Shown here: one piece after another, positions 1 to 9,394 of the stretch
How positions within the stretch are numbered: position 1 is the stretch's first letter
Layout: the number at the start of each line of letters is the position of its first letter
Sequence record: OK428535.1
Direction: 5' to 3' (one strand)
Source of the DNA: Escherichia phage vB_EcoM_Lh1B
DNA: 64,000 nucleotides
The notes under the pieces: model-generated
Database searches by the model: none
What the model was told of the DNA's origin: nothing
What the model saw: only the letters and a program-made list of their open reading frames with translations
Translations under genes and position numbers: made by a program

Positions 1-984
1 TATTAAGATCTTAAAACGCGTGCAGGCGCGCGCGTGATCCTTATTAAGAGATCGTGATCGGACGGAAGTCCTAGTTTGGGTACCCTGTGTATTTTTTACG
101 TGGTTTCCCTATCGTGTGTTCAGACCACCACTCGATGTCCAAAAACCCATAGCTTCGGTGGTCGCCTCCCTGGTCGGTAGACTCTGACAAGTCGACCCAC
201 AACACCAACCCGTCCGGGGACGGATTTTTATTCCAACGACAAGCTCCACGAAAATCCCCGCAGAGGGACTCACTGCTGTGTGACTCACCGGCTCCTGGAC
301 GCCTACGCCTCGAGCCGGTAATTTTTTGATTACGTGAGTTTGTTGTTATATGCGAATAGCGATTGACCGCGCCAATGGTCCAATCACTTTTAAACCCTGT
401 ACGCTAGGGCTCCAAGTCCTGGGATTGTTACCCAGGACGCTTTTTCGAAAATACCTACCGTGGTGTCTTCGACAAAGCGCAATCTAACACTGCGTGATTT
501 ATTATGTTCTGGAAAACTTTCGCCGTGGAACAGAACCGGTGAGCGTCGGCGGGGATTCCGACAATCACCACCCATTCAGGTACTCGGTAAATAACCGACC
601 TGCCGACGGTGCTACGTCGGGCGTAGTTCGGTTTGCGAGAGTGTCGAGAAAGTCGACTGCGCACCCATGACAAAATCCGAGTTGACCGTGGCAGCGCCAG
701 AGGACTGGGCAGCGGAGAGACGTCGTTGAACTTACCTCCGATAGTTATCGCTGATTCCGCTCTGGCGTCGGGCCAAAACTGATTCGAATTCGGCGTTGCG
801 TCGAAAAGGGGTCTGCGTGTAGAACCGCAGACTTGGGGGATGACTCCAGACGGAGGTGGTCATATCTTGCCGGCTCGGAACAGACGAGAGGGGTGGGTAC
901 TCCCGTTGAGAAACGACGGTACCTGGCTGATTAAAATTTACAGATTCTGCGTGAGGTATGATAAACCAAACGGAGAATTAAATC

Positions 985-1560
985 ATGAACTTGTATCGCA
1001 TCGGGTTTTACCGGAACGAGGTACCAGAATCGGTTTTGGTTGTCTTAGCCGAAAACGAGGAGCAGGCCAAATCCTTCTGGCCGGTTAGCGCAGAGCGTAC
1101 AGCGGTTGCGTGCTGCTACGACGGTCCAGTTGCCGCAACGGATGTCGCTGCAGGCGTAGTCCTGAAGATGGGCCGATGGGAAGATTACTCCCATCCCGGT
1201 TTGGAGTTTGTTTCCGAACCTGCCAGACATTCCTGGGAATTTCCCTCAGGCAACACCGAGACGTATTTCGGATTTCAGGTTAAACAACCTTCGACGCTCA
1301 AACTGTACCTGGTGTACAGCGACGCCGCTACCGAAGACTACGTCGATTCCGGAATCATCGTCGGGGCAACAACCCCTGCTGCGGCATTCGCACATTGGGA
1401 CGGTGATAAACCCGGAATCGTTTCGGTCTGTGAGCTACCACTTGAAGCCGGTTTGGTTACGAACATCAAGTGTGAGCAAGGCCAGGAGCTGACTTGGATC
1501 CGCCAGGATTACCTGACGGAAACGACATTCGAGTACACACCGAGGAAGGTGACCCAATGA
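985..1560 (+). CDS. hypothetical protein
   Basis: 191-aa ORF, ATG 8 nt after GGAGA; N-terminal ~40 aa resemble the N-terminus of ORF 2283..2525 (MNLY..., ...VAAPTEQA...). Confidence 0.5.
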   Translation: MNLYRIGFYRNEVPESVLVVLAENEEQAKSFWPVSAERTAVACCYDGPVAATDVAAGVVLKMGRWEDYSHPGLEFVSEPARHSWEFPSGNTETYFGFQVKQPSTLKLYLVYSDAATEDYVDSGIIVGATTPAAAFAHWDGDKPGIVSVCELPLEAGLVTNIKCEQGQELTWIRQDYLTETTFEYTPRKVTQ

Positions 1561-2048
1561 CCACGATAGCGTTCGATGGAAAAGTCTTAGCTGCTGACGG
1601 CCAGTTAACCCGTGGGTCGAATATCTGCAACCTGAATACCCAGAAGTTATTCGTCTGTCCTCCTGACGAGGAGTGGTGGATTACCGGTGAACGAATTGTG
1701 GTGTTCGGGGTAAGCGGCGACATCACAGGACAATTGGCCCTGCTGGAAACGGTCCGCTTGAGACCCGGCTACAAGGGGTTAACACAAAGCTCGCAGTTAC
1801 CTGCGAAGATGGATTTTACTTTCCTGATGCTTTTGGCCTCAGGAAAAGCGATAGTCGGTGGGAAGCGTGAAGACGACGTGTCGTTGTGGTGGAGTGAAGC
1901 CACACCACCTCTGGCAACCGGAAGCGGTTACGAGTATGCGTTGGGTGCGATGAAGATGGGCGCGAATGCGGTTCGTGCTGTTGAGATTGCGTCCGAATGC
2001 GATATCTACACCGGTGGTGAGATTAGCACTTACGAACTACGGAGGTGA
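1557..2048 (+). CDS. hypothetical protein
   Basis: ATG overlaps upstream stop (ATGA), GAGGAAGG upstream; 164 aa (MTTIAFDG...). Confidence 0.45.
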   Translation: MTTIAFDGKVLAADGQLTRGSNICNLNTQKLFVCPPDEEWWITGERIVVFGVSGDITGQLALLETVRLRPGYKGLTQSSQLPAKMDFTFLMLLASGKAIVGGKREDDVSLWWSEATPPLATGSGYEYALGAMKMGANAVRAVEIASECDIYTGGEISTYELRR

Positions 2049-2140
2049 ATCATGCGGGAGTCAGAAGCACGCAAGCTTGACCCCATCAATCGCCTGCGAT
2101 AACGGGGTAGCGCATCCGTATAAACACGTTAAAGAATTCT

Positions 2141-2216
2141 AGGAAAGTGACGCAATTGGTAGCGTACCGGTCTCCAAAACCGGCTGTTTAGAGTTCGAGT
2201 CTCTACTTTCCTGCCA
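2141..2216 (+). tRNA. tRNA-Trp (anticodon CCA), 3' CCA encoded
   Basis: Hand-folded cloverleaf: 7-bp acceptor AGGAAAG/CTTTCCT, D-stem ACGC/GCGT, anticodon stem CCGGT/ACCGG with loop CTCCAAA, T-arm TAGAG-TTCGAGT-CTCTA, discriminator G then CCA. Confidence 0.85.
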
Positions 2217-2282
2217 CATTTAGCCAACAAGGCCATGATTCAAAGCAGAATGACACCGAATGTCTAACTGCGGAGAATAATC

Positions 2283-2525
2283 ATGAACTTGTATTTGCTA
2301 GAACGAACTGACGATATCGGGTATGATGAATTTGATTCCATAATCGTGGCGGCTCCTACGGAGCAAGCTGCGTGTGCAATTCCTCCCGACTGTGGTCATT
2401 GGATGGACTGCCGCTGGTTACCGAAAGAGCGCTGGGATGAAGGGCTTACCCTGACCGTTACTCTTATCGGTACTACGCACTATCCTGCTGGGACCGTCGT
2501 TCATGAATCGTTCAATGCTGGCTAA
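2283..2525 (+). CDS. hypothetical protein
   Basis: 80-aa ORF, ATG 8 nt after GGAGA; N-terminus resembles ORF 985..1560. Confidence 0.45.
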   Translation: MNLYLLERTDDIGYDEFDSIIVAAPTEQAACAIPPDCGHWMDCRWLPKERWDEGLTLTVTLIGTTHYPAGTVVHESFNAG

Positions 2526-3300
2526 ACAGTGGGCTTCGGCCCACTAACCCTATTCGAGCCGTGATACTTACTCAGATTGTGCGGGTTGATGTCCCGCATG
2601 AGCCGGTAGCAGCTCAGACCTACGGTAGACCAATAAATCCGTAGCAGCCAGGTACACAAAGCACCAGGTCGCTTGTACAGGATGCTGGGTATCTGACCGG
2701 TCATAACCTCATTCGATACGAGACACGTTTATGCATGAAATACTCCAGTACATCAGGATGTTGATTTCCAACGTCCGGTTCTGGGTATTCAATCATGTTT
2801 GGTTTACAGGCGATGGGTTTTCCCGCAAGGGCCCCACTTACAGACTGGCGTCTCCACGACAACCGTCCCTAGGGGACAGGCAAGCACCGGCCCATTAAGC
2901 CGCCACGCTACGCCTGTAAATCCACAATCTGATAACCGAATGGGATTGAGTTCCCAGTGTTAGGGTGACTATGTGTCACCGTAGGCGCGGTACCTCATAC
3001 GGCCGGTACGCCACGAATGTACGTGATAGCGGGTGGTGCTTGGAGACGCTAAGACCTGACCTTGCGGCCAGGCTCAGAAGAAGAAGTCCATCACCCGCAT
3101 TCAGAAATGAATTTAGGTTAATTATTGGAAGTGATGAAATCGTTTACGTGATAACTTAGTAGTATGCAACGAACAATACCAGAGTGACTTTACGAGGTTA
3201 CTGTGGTATATGTCGGTGCTCCGGGCAACGTGTTGCCGTAGATAAGCCCGAGGGAGCTGAGTGCACTAACACACACCGGGATGCACCGGCACCTTACAAT

Positions 3301-3370
3301 GGCTTTGTAGCTCAGGTAGGTAGAGCAACCTCTTCGAGGAAGGTCGCCGGTTCGAGTCCGGTCAAAGCAA
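3301..3370 (+). tRNA. tRNA-like element, non-canonical (possible pseudo-tRNA)
   Basis: Canonical D-arm GCTC-AGGTAGGTA-GAGC and T-arm GCCGG-TTCGAGT-CCGGT, 6-bp acceptor; the segment between them is too short for a standard anticodon arm plus variable loop. Confidence 0.4.
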
Positions 3371-3371
3371 G

Positions 3372-3447
3372 AGCAGCGAAGTTAGAGGAATTAACACCCG
3401 ACTCATAATCGGATATTTCGACGGTTCGAATCCGTGCCGTTTGCTCG
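3372..3447 (+). tRNA. tRNA-like fragment with Met-type anticodon loop (CTCATAA)
   Basis: Stem-loop CCGA-CTCATAA-TCGG and T-arm ACGG-TTCGAAT-CCGT are visible, but I could not close an acceptor stem. Confidence 0.25.
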
Positions 3448-3828
3448 CCCCATTTGTGTTATCCTTATCCCGAAGGCATTCGAAATAAGACGCGTATCCA
3501 CACACGGGTCAAGGGTAACACGAACCACTTCCGCGGTCACCGTGTCCATTGCCGCCTACCTGCATGGGCTGTCCTCCGACACGGTGACTTCGGGCCAACT
3601 TACAGGCCAGGGCCGTTTGGGTTTTTCTTACGCATCCATCCAGAGCCACCTCGCGCCCTAGTCTGTTACCCCTTTTCTGTTCCTGGTTTGCCAACTAAAT
3701 CAATTAAGCCTGGTGCGTTGCCCTGGGAACAGAAAAACTTATTCGGTTACACACCGAACCCACCCACGAGGGATATGTCGTGGACTACCAATAGAAGCAG
3801 CAATAGTAGAAGTAAGAAGGAAAGCAAC

Positions 3829-4650
3829 ATGTTTACAGTTAAACGTGTAATTGATGGTGACCGCATTATTACCGAACATGAAAAAGTTCGTATCGGTGAC
3901 CGTAAGTCTCGTGTATTCCGCGAGGCGTTAAAGATGCTCGAGAACGAGCGCTTCGACATCGTTGTCGATGATGAAAAGTTAGCCCTTAATCCGGGGTTAA
4001 AACGCGTTGCCCCTGATGTGGCTGATCCGAACACCATGCATTTGTCTGACTACTGCAGCTGGTCGCACAGATTATATAAAAGTCAGGTTTATGCACACAC
4101 GTATTTGCGGCAGCTTTTCCCCAACCTTATTATCCCCGATTTGGAAACGGTCGAGGTGTTTAACTGCAACGCACGCGAGTTTATTAGCTACGTGCTAGAT
4201 AATAAGGGCAATGCTATCTTGGTATTGGACACAAATTCCCGCATACCTGATGCTGTGGCTAGCATACGTGGTGAAATCATCGGTTACGGTACTCCCCCAG
4301 AGAAATTAGGCTGGTACAAACCATCTCCTGATAGCGACATGGCGATCATTGTCTACACTCAGGAAGAACTGCAACAAGTCGAATTAGAGCCTGGTCCATC
4401 TATCGAGTTCACTGATGTCCAGGAGCAGTCGCAGTGGATTAACGGTGAGTCTGTTGTTACTGTTTTAAAAGGCGCTCGCCCTGGCGACCGGTCAGTCGAT
4501 GAACTGATTGGCGCAATGTGCATCGAAGAAGAATCTGGATACGATCCTGATAACCAGATCAGTACCGGTGCGTTGTACGAACTGTTTTATAAAGGCGACG
4601 AAGTCTACGTGGTTAACTCTCACGGTAAGACTACCGACGTCCTTCGCTGA
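3829..4650 (+). CDS. hypothetical protein
   Basis: ATG at 3829 with AAGGAA 8 nt upstream; the track ORF 3454..4650 extends 5' over the tRNA-like region and is probably not translated there. Confidence 0.5.
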   Translation: MFTVKRVIDGDRIITEHEKVRIGDRKSRVFREALKMLENERFDIVVDDEKLALNPGLKRVAPDVADPNTMHLSDYCSWSHRLYKSQVYAHTYLRQLFPNLIIPDLETVEVFNCNAREFISYVLDNKGNAILVLDTNSRIPDAVASIRGEIIGYGTPPEKLGWYKPSPDSDMAIIVYTQEELQQVELEPGPSIEFTDVQEQSQWINGESVVTVLKGARPGDRSVDELIGAMCIEEESGYDPDNQISTGALYELFYKGDEVYVVNSHGKTTDVLR

Positions 4651-4740
4651 ATTAGCTAACGCCCAGTAGCTATGTTCCTGACGATTAGCCCTCGTCTGAC
4701 CTTGTAAGACCTTGTAGATTTACATGCCAACACCAGGGAA

Positions 4741-4784
4741 GTCCTCACTCTTCGGAGTGAGGACAACTCTTTTATTTTTTTTTG
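4741..4784 (+). terminator. rho-independent terminator
   Basis: Hairpin GTCCTCACT-CTTCGG-AGTGAGGAC followed by T-rich run. Confidence 0.7.
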
Positions 4785-4800
4785 TATCCCAAATATTCAC

Positions 4801-4827
4801 AGATAGATATTACCTAAGTGAGATGAG
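4801..4827 (+). promoter_or_regulatory. promoter-like motif AGATAGATATTACCTAAGTGAGATGAG
   Basis: Member of a recurrent motif family (see findings); sits between a terminator and the ATG at 4875. Confidence 0.5.
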
Positions 4828-4874
4828 AAAGCCTCATCTGAATTTCCCCAACTCGACTATAAAAGGTAAGCATC

Positions 4875-5825
4875 ATGTACAGACCAAGTAATCCTAGTGC
4901 TATTGAAGGATTAAACCAGGATGGCTTCAGCCTCGCAGAAGCAACCCGCATTCGACCTTTCTTACCTCGCAGATTCTTCCCTTTCGGTTCGTTATACAGA
5001 ACGAATTTCGACGCTTGGGAAGCGATACGTGCTGTAAAAGATGCACTACAGTACAAGAACTTCGAATTCCGATTTGTTTTCAAATGGGGCAACGGCGAAT
5101 TGCTCCACCACTTCGGATTCCAACAGAACGAGTTCATTGAGTATACCTCACCTACGTACCACACCAGGTTCTTAAGTATCGAATTCGTTCGCCATTTCGG
5201 CGATGCACTCTTTACGGAACGGGCTACAGATGAAAACCACGGACGTAGGCTGATGTTAACGAACGGCGCACTGCGCATCAAGATGAATCGTTTACGGGAA
5301 GCGTATAACCAGCTTATCAATCCTGAACCGGTAATGTTTCCAACTGTAGCTGATTTGAACATTACACCGCTCCAGTTGCCTGTGGATGTGGATAGACCGA
5401 TTCTGGCAATCCACGCTCTCCAGGCAGGCTATGCAAACTGGTATAAAGAGCACAGTCTCCCGAACACCAGATTGAACATCGCACCGTTTGAGTTGTGCCT
5501 GTTCTTAACGTTACGCAAACAGCTCGAGCCAGAAAACTTAGACTTACGTTATCTGGCTAAAACAGATAGCGGTAATTACTACCCAACGACCTGGATGCTG
5601 GCGGCTGTACTACCCGGCGGTGAAATTATCGGTAACCCAGTCACCGATGTTCAACAGTTACCATCACCGTTAGCACCACCGAAAGATTCAATCTATCCGT
5701 ACGCTTCGTGGTACGCGAGCAGTATTGGCGTGAGATGGTTAATGTTACACGTTCCTGAAGAGGTCTATAATTTATTCCCGCATGAGCAATGGCTCCGTGC
5801 GTATGAAAATCGGTTTGGTTACTAG
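4875..5825 (+). CDS. hypothetical protein
   Basis: 316-aa ORF downstream of promoter-like motif. Confidence 0.55.
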   Translation: MYRPSNPSAIEGLNQDGFSLAEATRIRPFLPRRFFPFGSLYRTNFDAWEAIRAVKDALQYKNFEFRFVFKWGNGELLHHFGFQQNEFIEYTSPTYHTRFLSIEFVRHFGDALFTERATDENHGRRLMLTNGALRIKMNRLREAYNQLINPEPVMFPTVADLNITPLQLPVDVDRPILAIHALQAGYANWYKEHSLPNTRLNIAPFELCLFLTLRKQLEPENLDLRYLAKTDSGNYYPTTWMLAAVLPGGEIIGNPVTDVQQLPSPLAPPKDSIYPYASWYASSIGVRWLMLHVPEEVYNLFPHEQWLRAYENRFGY

Positions 5826-5835
5826 TCGATGCTTT

Positions 5836-5871
5836 TGGGGGAACTTCGGTTCCCTCTTTTTTTTCTTTTTT
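5836..5871 (+). terminator. rho-independent terminator
   Basis: Hairpin GGGAAC-TTCG-GTTCCC then TTTTTTTTCTTTTTT. Confidence 0.7.
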
Positions 5872-5907
5872 CACGACTGCCTCAGAATCTTAATGGAGGA
5901 AGTTACC

Positions 5908-6324
5908 ATGATTACGCAGTGCTCATACCAGACGCAAGATTTATTTAAAGCATTGGAAGAAAATAAGCTACCCACGACTTTAAGACCGCAGTGCAGTTAT
6001 TCAAGAATGCTTGCAAGTGAGGTCTTTCCGGTGCTAATGCAGTTGCCTCAATTCCAACCGTGGCTCGACTCGCTAGATGTGGTAGATGTTGTGGCTATCT
6101 ACACTGGGTCAGACACACCAACAATAAATACAAGCGAGTGTTTATCCCGTAGCGAATCGTCGGCGATAAATGAAATGCCGCAGCTAATGCCTTCTTTATT
6201 CGATTCGATGTGCGCTGCAGTTATGCAGAAACGACTACCTTATGAGGAAGTATTCGCCATTGTGTTAGACAGCATCCACGCAATGAATTATAAACACTAT
6301 AAAACCCTCGGAACCTTACACTGA
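5908..6324 (+). CDS. hypothetical protein
   Basis: ATG at 5908 preceded by GGAGGA 7 nt upstream; the longer track ORF start at 5782 lies inside the terminator. Confidence 0.45.
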   Translation: MITQCSYQTQDLFKALEENKLPTTLRPQCSYSRMLASEVFPVLMQLPQFQPWLDSLDVVDVVAIYTGSDTPTINTSECLSRSESSAINEMPQLMPSLFDSMCAAVMQKRLPYEEVFAIVLDSIHAMNYKHYKTLGTLH

Positions 6325-6391
6325 CTTTTTTACGGCAGGCACCTATCTTGTAGGGAGTCTGTGCTGTAATAGATTCCAAAGGAGATGCTCG

Positions 6392-6781
6392 ATGAAAAAC
6401 AAACTGCGTCCGCTGGACGTGATTATGGCGCATCCGGATACCCTCAAGAAAATTAAAGTGGTCAATGAACTTGACCGTGGTCTCCTGGATACTATTCAAT
6501 GGGGTTTTACTTTCCACCCCGATGAAGAGAACAACACGCGTCAATTAGATGTCTGCGACGGCGTAGAAATTGATTGGTCTTCTAACGAAGGCTTCAACGA
6601 TGTCGTCGATTATGTCAAACAAGCCACCGTTCCACCTGTGTTTCCCGTAGCTGGTTTAGCGGAACACACAATTTCTCTCCGCCGACTGGTTAACGCTCAA
6701 CCAGAAATCGTGCGTGAAGGCGAGGCGTGGACGTCAGGCATTACCCATCATCTTAAGGATGTGCTGGGTGTTGCCGGTTAA
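6392..6781 (+). CDS. hypothetical protein
   Basis: 129-aa ORF, AGGAG upstream. Confidence 0.5.
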   Translation: MKNKLRPLDVIMAHPDTLKKIKVVNELDRGLLDTIQWGFTFHPDEENNTRQLDVCDGVEIDWSSNEGFNDVVDYVKQATVPPVFPVAGLAEHTISLRRLVNAQPEIVREGEAWTSGITHHLKDVLGVAG

Positions 6782-6783
6782 AA

Positions 6784-6832
6784 AAGAAGAAGTACCTCTA
6801 CTCACGTAGAGGTACGGAATCTTTCTTTTTTT
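6784..6832. terminator. bidirectional terminator between convergent genes
   Basis: Hairpin GTACCTCTAC-TCAC-GTAGAGGTAC flanked by an A-run upstream and a T-run downstream. Confidence 0.65.
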
Positions 6833-6833
6833 G

Positions 6834-7646
6834 TTACGACTTGAAGCGTCCACCGTTCATGTAGTTCCAACGGTTTCCGATGTTGTCGTTGTGGACCAGA
6901 CAACGTTGCATTTTCGGCAAGGTGTCTTCGAACATTTGACCCGCGTCCGAGTAACCTTCAATAACGTTTCTGAAGGCACCGAACTCCATACCATTTTCCA
7001 GTTTACCGGAGTCCATGTCGAAGATCATGGTGTTGTAAATATATTGCTTAACAGCCATGACTGCCAGCTCACCTACAACCGGATAGAATGCTGGTTTGAT
7101 TTCGTTCATCTCCTGGGATAGTTCGTACTTCACCACGAGTTTGGTAGAGTAAACGAACATGCCTGGGTCTTTGATACGGATGGTATTCGGGCCGAGTACC
7201 TCGACCTCTGGTGAGGCGATACGTGGCATCGCCGACTGACTATCAACCACTTGTTGGGTGGATGCTAATACGCCAGAGGTGGCACCGTCCAGATATGAAC
7301 CTGCGGGAGGCATGGTGTACGCCTGTCCGGCAACGGGTGTTACAGAAATGTGGGCATCCAGAATAGGACGACCGCCTGTTTTGATGTCGTCGAGATAATA
7401 CACGCGACTGAAATAATCTTGCGTGTCGTTATCCCAAGGGACACCTTGCAAATCTACTTCTTGATACTGCCCCATTCTGGAGATTTCAGGGACCAGAATC
7501 TCACGAATAACACGTTGTTGGATTTCGTTATCTACAGAGCTTGCAATTCCCAGTAACTTGAGGTTTTCTGGAACAAAAGCCGCCTGTAGAATCGGGGCAG
7601 GAATATGCTGTCTGATTTTACGCAGACAGTAGTCGATAACATTCAT
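6834..7646 (-). CDS. hypothetical protein
   Basis: Minus-strand ORF; start chosen at the ATG (MNVIDY...) with AGGAG 7 nt upstream; track ORF extends to 7898. Confidence 0.5.
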   Translation of the reverse strand: MNVIDYCLRKIRQHIPAPILQAAFVPENLKLLGIASSVDNEIQQRVIREILVPEISRMGQYQEVDLQGVPWDNDTQDYFSRVYYLDDIKTGGRPILDAHISVTPVAGQAYTMPPAGSYLDGATSGVLASTQQVVDSQSAMPRIASPEVEVLGPNTIRIKDPGMFVYSTKLVVKYELSQEMNEIKPAFYPVVGELAVMAVKQYIYNTMIFDMDSGKLENGMEFGAFRNVIEGYSDAGQMFEDTLPKMQRCLVHNDNIGNRWNYMNGGRFKS

Positions 7647-7765
7647 TCTAAGGCTCCTATGAAGCTCGTAGGACAACTCATACCATCGGGTAATGCTATC
7701 CCATTGCCTGACATTAAAATACGTTTTACGACCTTTATGTGCGCACCATACTCGAAGAAATTTTG

Positions 7766-7784
7766 CATAGATATTATCTTCGTG
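7766..7784 (+). promoter_or_regulatory. promoter-like motif CATAGATATTATCTTCGTG
   Basis: Motif family copy 26 nt upstream of the ATG at 7810. Confidence 0.45.
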
Positions 7785-7809
7785 AATTATCCTTAAGGAG
7801 CATTTCTCG

Positions 7810-8130
7810 ATGACGCGCATGTTCTTTAATTTCTCTCCAGGGACAAATGAACAGATTGTGCCTGCGGACATGTTACTGTGCGCGATACAAGAAGTCATTT
7901 ATCCCGGCACGCATGAGTTTCCACGCGAGTGGACACGCATTGCCGAAAGTTATTTTGGCACGGAAGCGTGGTTTGTTATTTCGGCGTTGGGCCGAAACCA
8001 TAGCTATCCCTTTCATTACAAAAATGGAGTTGTGCAAACGTGGTCAGAATATACCTCGAACCAGCTGCGGTTCATTCTAGCTTCTGGGGGCCTGTCGATG
8101 CTTCCCAGTACGCTACCGCTCTGCGGATGA
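7810..8130 (+). CDS. hypothetical protein
   Basis: 106-aa ORF with strong TAAGGAG site. Confidence 0.45.
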   Translation: MTRMFFNFSPGTNEQIVPADMLLCAIQEVIYPGTHEFPREWTRIAESYFGTEAWFVISALGRNHSYPFHYKNGVVQTWSEYTSNQLRFILASGGLSMLPSTLPLCG

Positions 8131-8690
8131 GCCAAAAAGAACGCGAGATGTTAACTGTACAACTGTTACACACTGCGCTCGAAGATATCTTTTACTCCGT
8201 TCCGGAAATGCCTAATGCACGTATGGAACCTTTGCTGGAACCTTATACTGACGCTTTTAATCTCACGATGATGTTGGTGGCTGACCAGATCATACTTCCA
8301 CCGAAAACAGTTCCTGTGGAACGTACACACGTTTCCAGTGGCGGTTTGGGTACTCCGGTTAATAAGACGAAAGAGACCGTAGCGATTTTACGTTCTACCG
8401 AATATCTTATCGGATTAGCATTCGAAGACTGTTACAACAGTTTCCTGGACAGTATCCATGCGCTTGTGGAGAATGCTGTGAAAGCCGCCAAACACCCGTT
8501 TAATCGTTATGCGACGATTAAACTGGAACCACACATAACCCGTCGTGGGCAGGTGCAATCTCTGGAGTTACAAAATGGAGAAGACATCAGATTCATCCAC
8601 TACCGCCAATGCTTCCCAAACAAACGATATCGTCCGTCTGGTACTGATCGATCACATTGCCTCGACGGCATACGTCAGGATATTGAATGA
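8126..8690 (+). CDS. hypothetical protein
   Basis: ATGA overlap with upstream stop (MSQKEREML...); 3' end overlaps next ORF by >100 nt, so one frame may be wrong. Confidence 0.4.
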
Positions 8691-9012
8691 CCCCAGCGAC
8701 ATCATGTTCAGCATGTATGATGTTAACACGGGGTTGAAGCATATCATTCTCTGTATGCTCGAATACATGATTCCGACATTTACAGAACACGGTGCGTGGG
8801 ACACAGAAACAGTCTCACTGATTGTTAGGTGTTATCGTCCCAGAAGTCATTCGCGGGAAATCCACACCATCGCGTCACACGTTCATCGTGCTATCTGTGA
8901 GGAAATGGGCATTCCTCCGAAAGGGTATCGGTATCATTATAATCAAGCAGACAGAATTCTCCGTTTCATTCCACGTAAGGTAACAGATGTCTATGATGAC
9001 GGTTTATACTGA
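8575..9012 (+). CDS. hypothetical protein
   Basis: ATG at 8575 after GGAG; long overlap with preceding ORF. Confidence 0.35.
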   Translation: MEKTSDSSTTANASQTNDIVRLVLIDHIASTAYVRILNDPSDIMFSMYDVNTGLKHIILCMLEYMIPTFTEHGAWDTETVSLIVRCYRPRSHSREIHTIASHVHRAICEEMGIPPKGYRYHYNQADRILRFIPRKVTDVYDDGLY

Positions 9013-9394
9013 GTTCGTGCGATTGACTTGCCGACTCACCGCACTCGTCAAAGAGAATCTCGGCATCGATTACCAGGATGCTGCGGTAGAGCTTGACGAC
9101 TATATCGAGCAAATTGTTCGGTTGCATGTTCTGCGGAAAAAATATGGCGTTATCGATAGCATGATACGCCAGTTCTTTATGGAGTATGTTCACGATAACC
9201 CAATCATTACTCCAACCACGTCGGCAAAATACTGGGCTCTTTGTCGATTTGAGTTGTTGATACGGGACACCGATTGCATCTGGCAAGCAATCGACGAGGA
9301 CATGACTTATTTACCACAATCCGACTTCCTCCTTTGGCATGTAGGAGATGGTGTCTGGAAAATGTTAACTACAGGGGTTACTTACAATGATTGA
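8987..9394 (+). CDS. hypothetical protein
   Basis: 135-aa ORF, AAGGT upstream. Confidence 0.45.
   Translation: MSMMTVYTEFVRLTCRLTALVKENLGIDYQDAAVELDDYIEQIVRLHVLRKKYGVIDSMIRQFFMEYVHDNPIITPTTSAKYWALCRFELLIRDTDCIWQAIDEDMTYLPQSDFLLWHVGDGVWKMLTTGVTYND

Noticed and set aside
2529-2546. Hairpin GTGGGC-TTCG-GCCCAC after ORF 2283..2525 as a terminator
   Set aside because: No T-run follows; may be a processing or stability hairpin rather than an intrinsic terminator.
3454-3828. 5' extension of track ORF 3454..4650 across the tRNA-like region
   Set aside because: The extension overlaps tRNA-like elements and inverted repeats and has no start context; the in-frame ATG at 3829 with AAGGAA upstream is the more plausible start.
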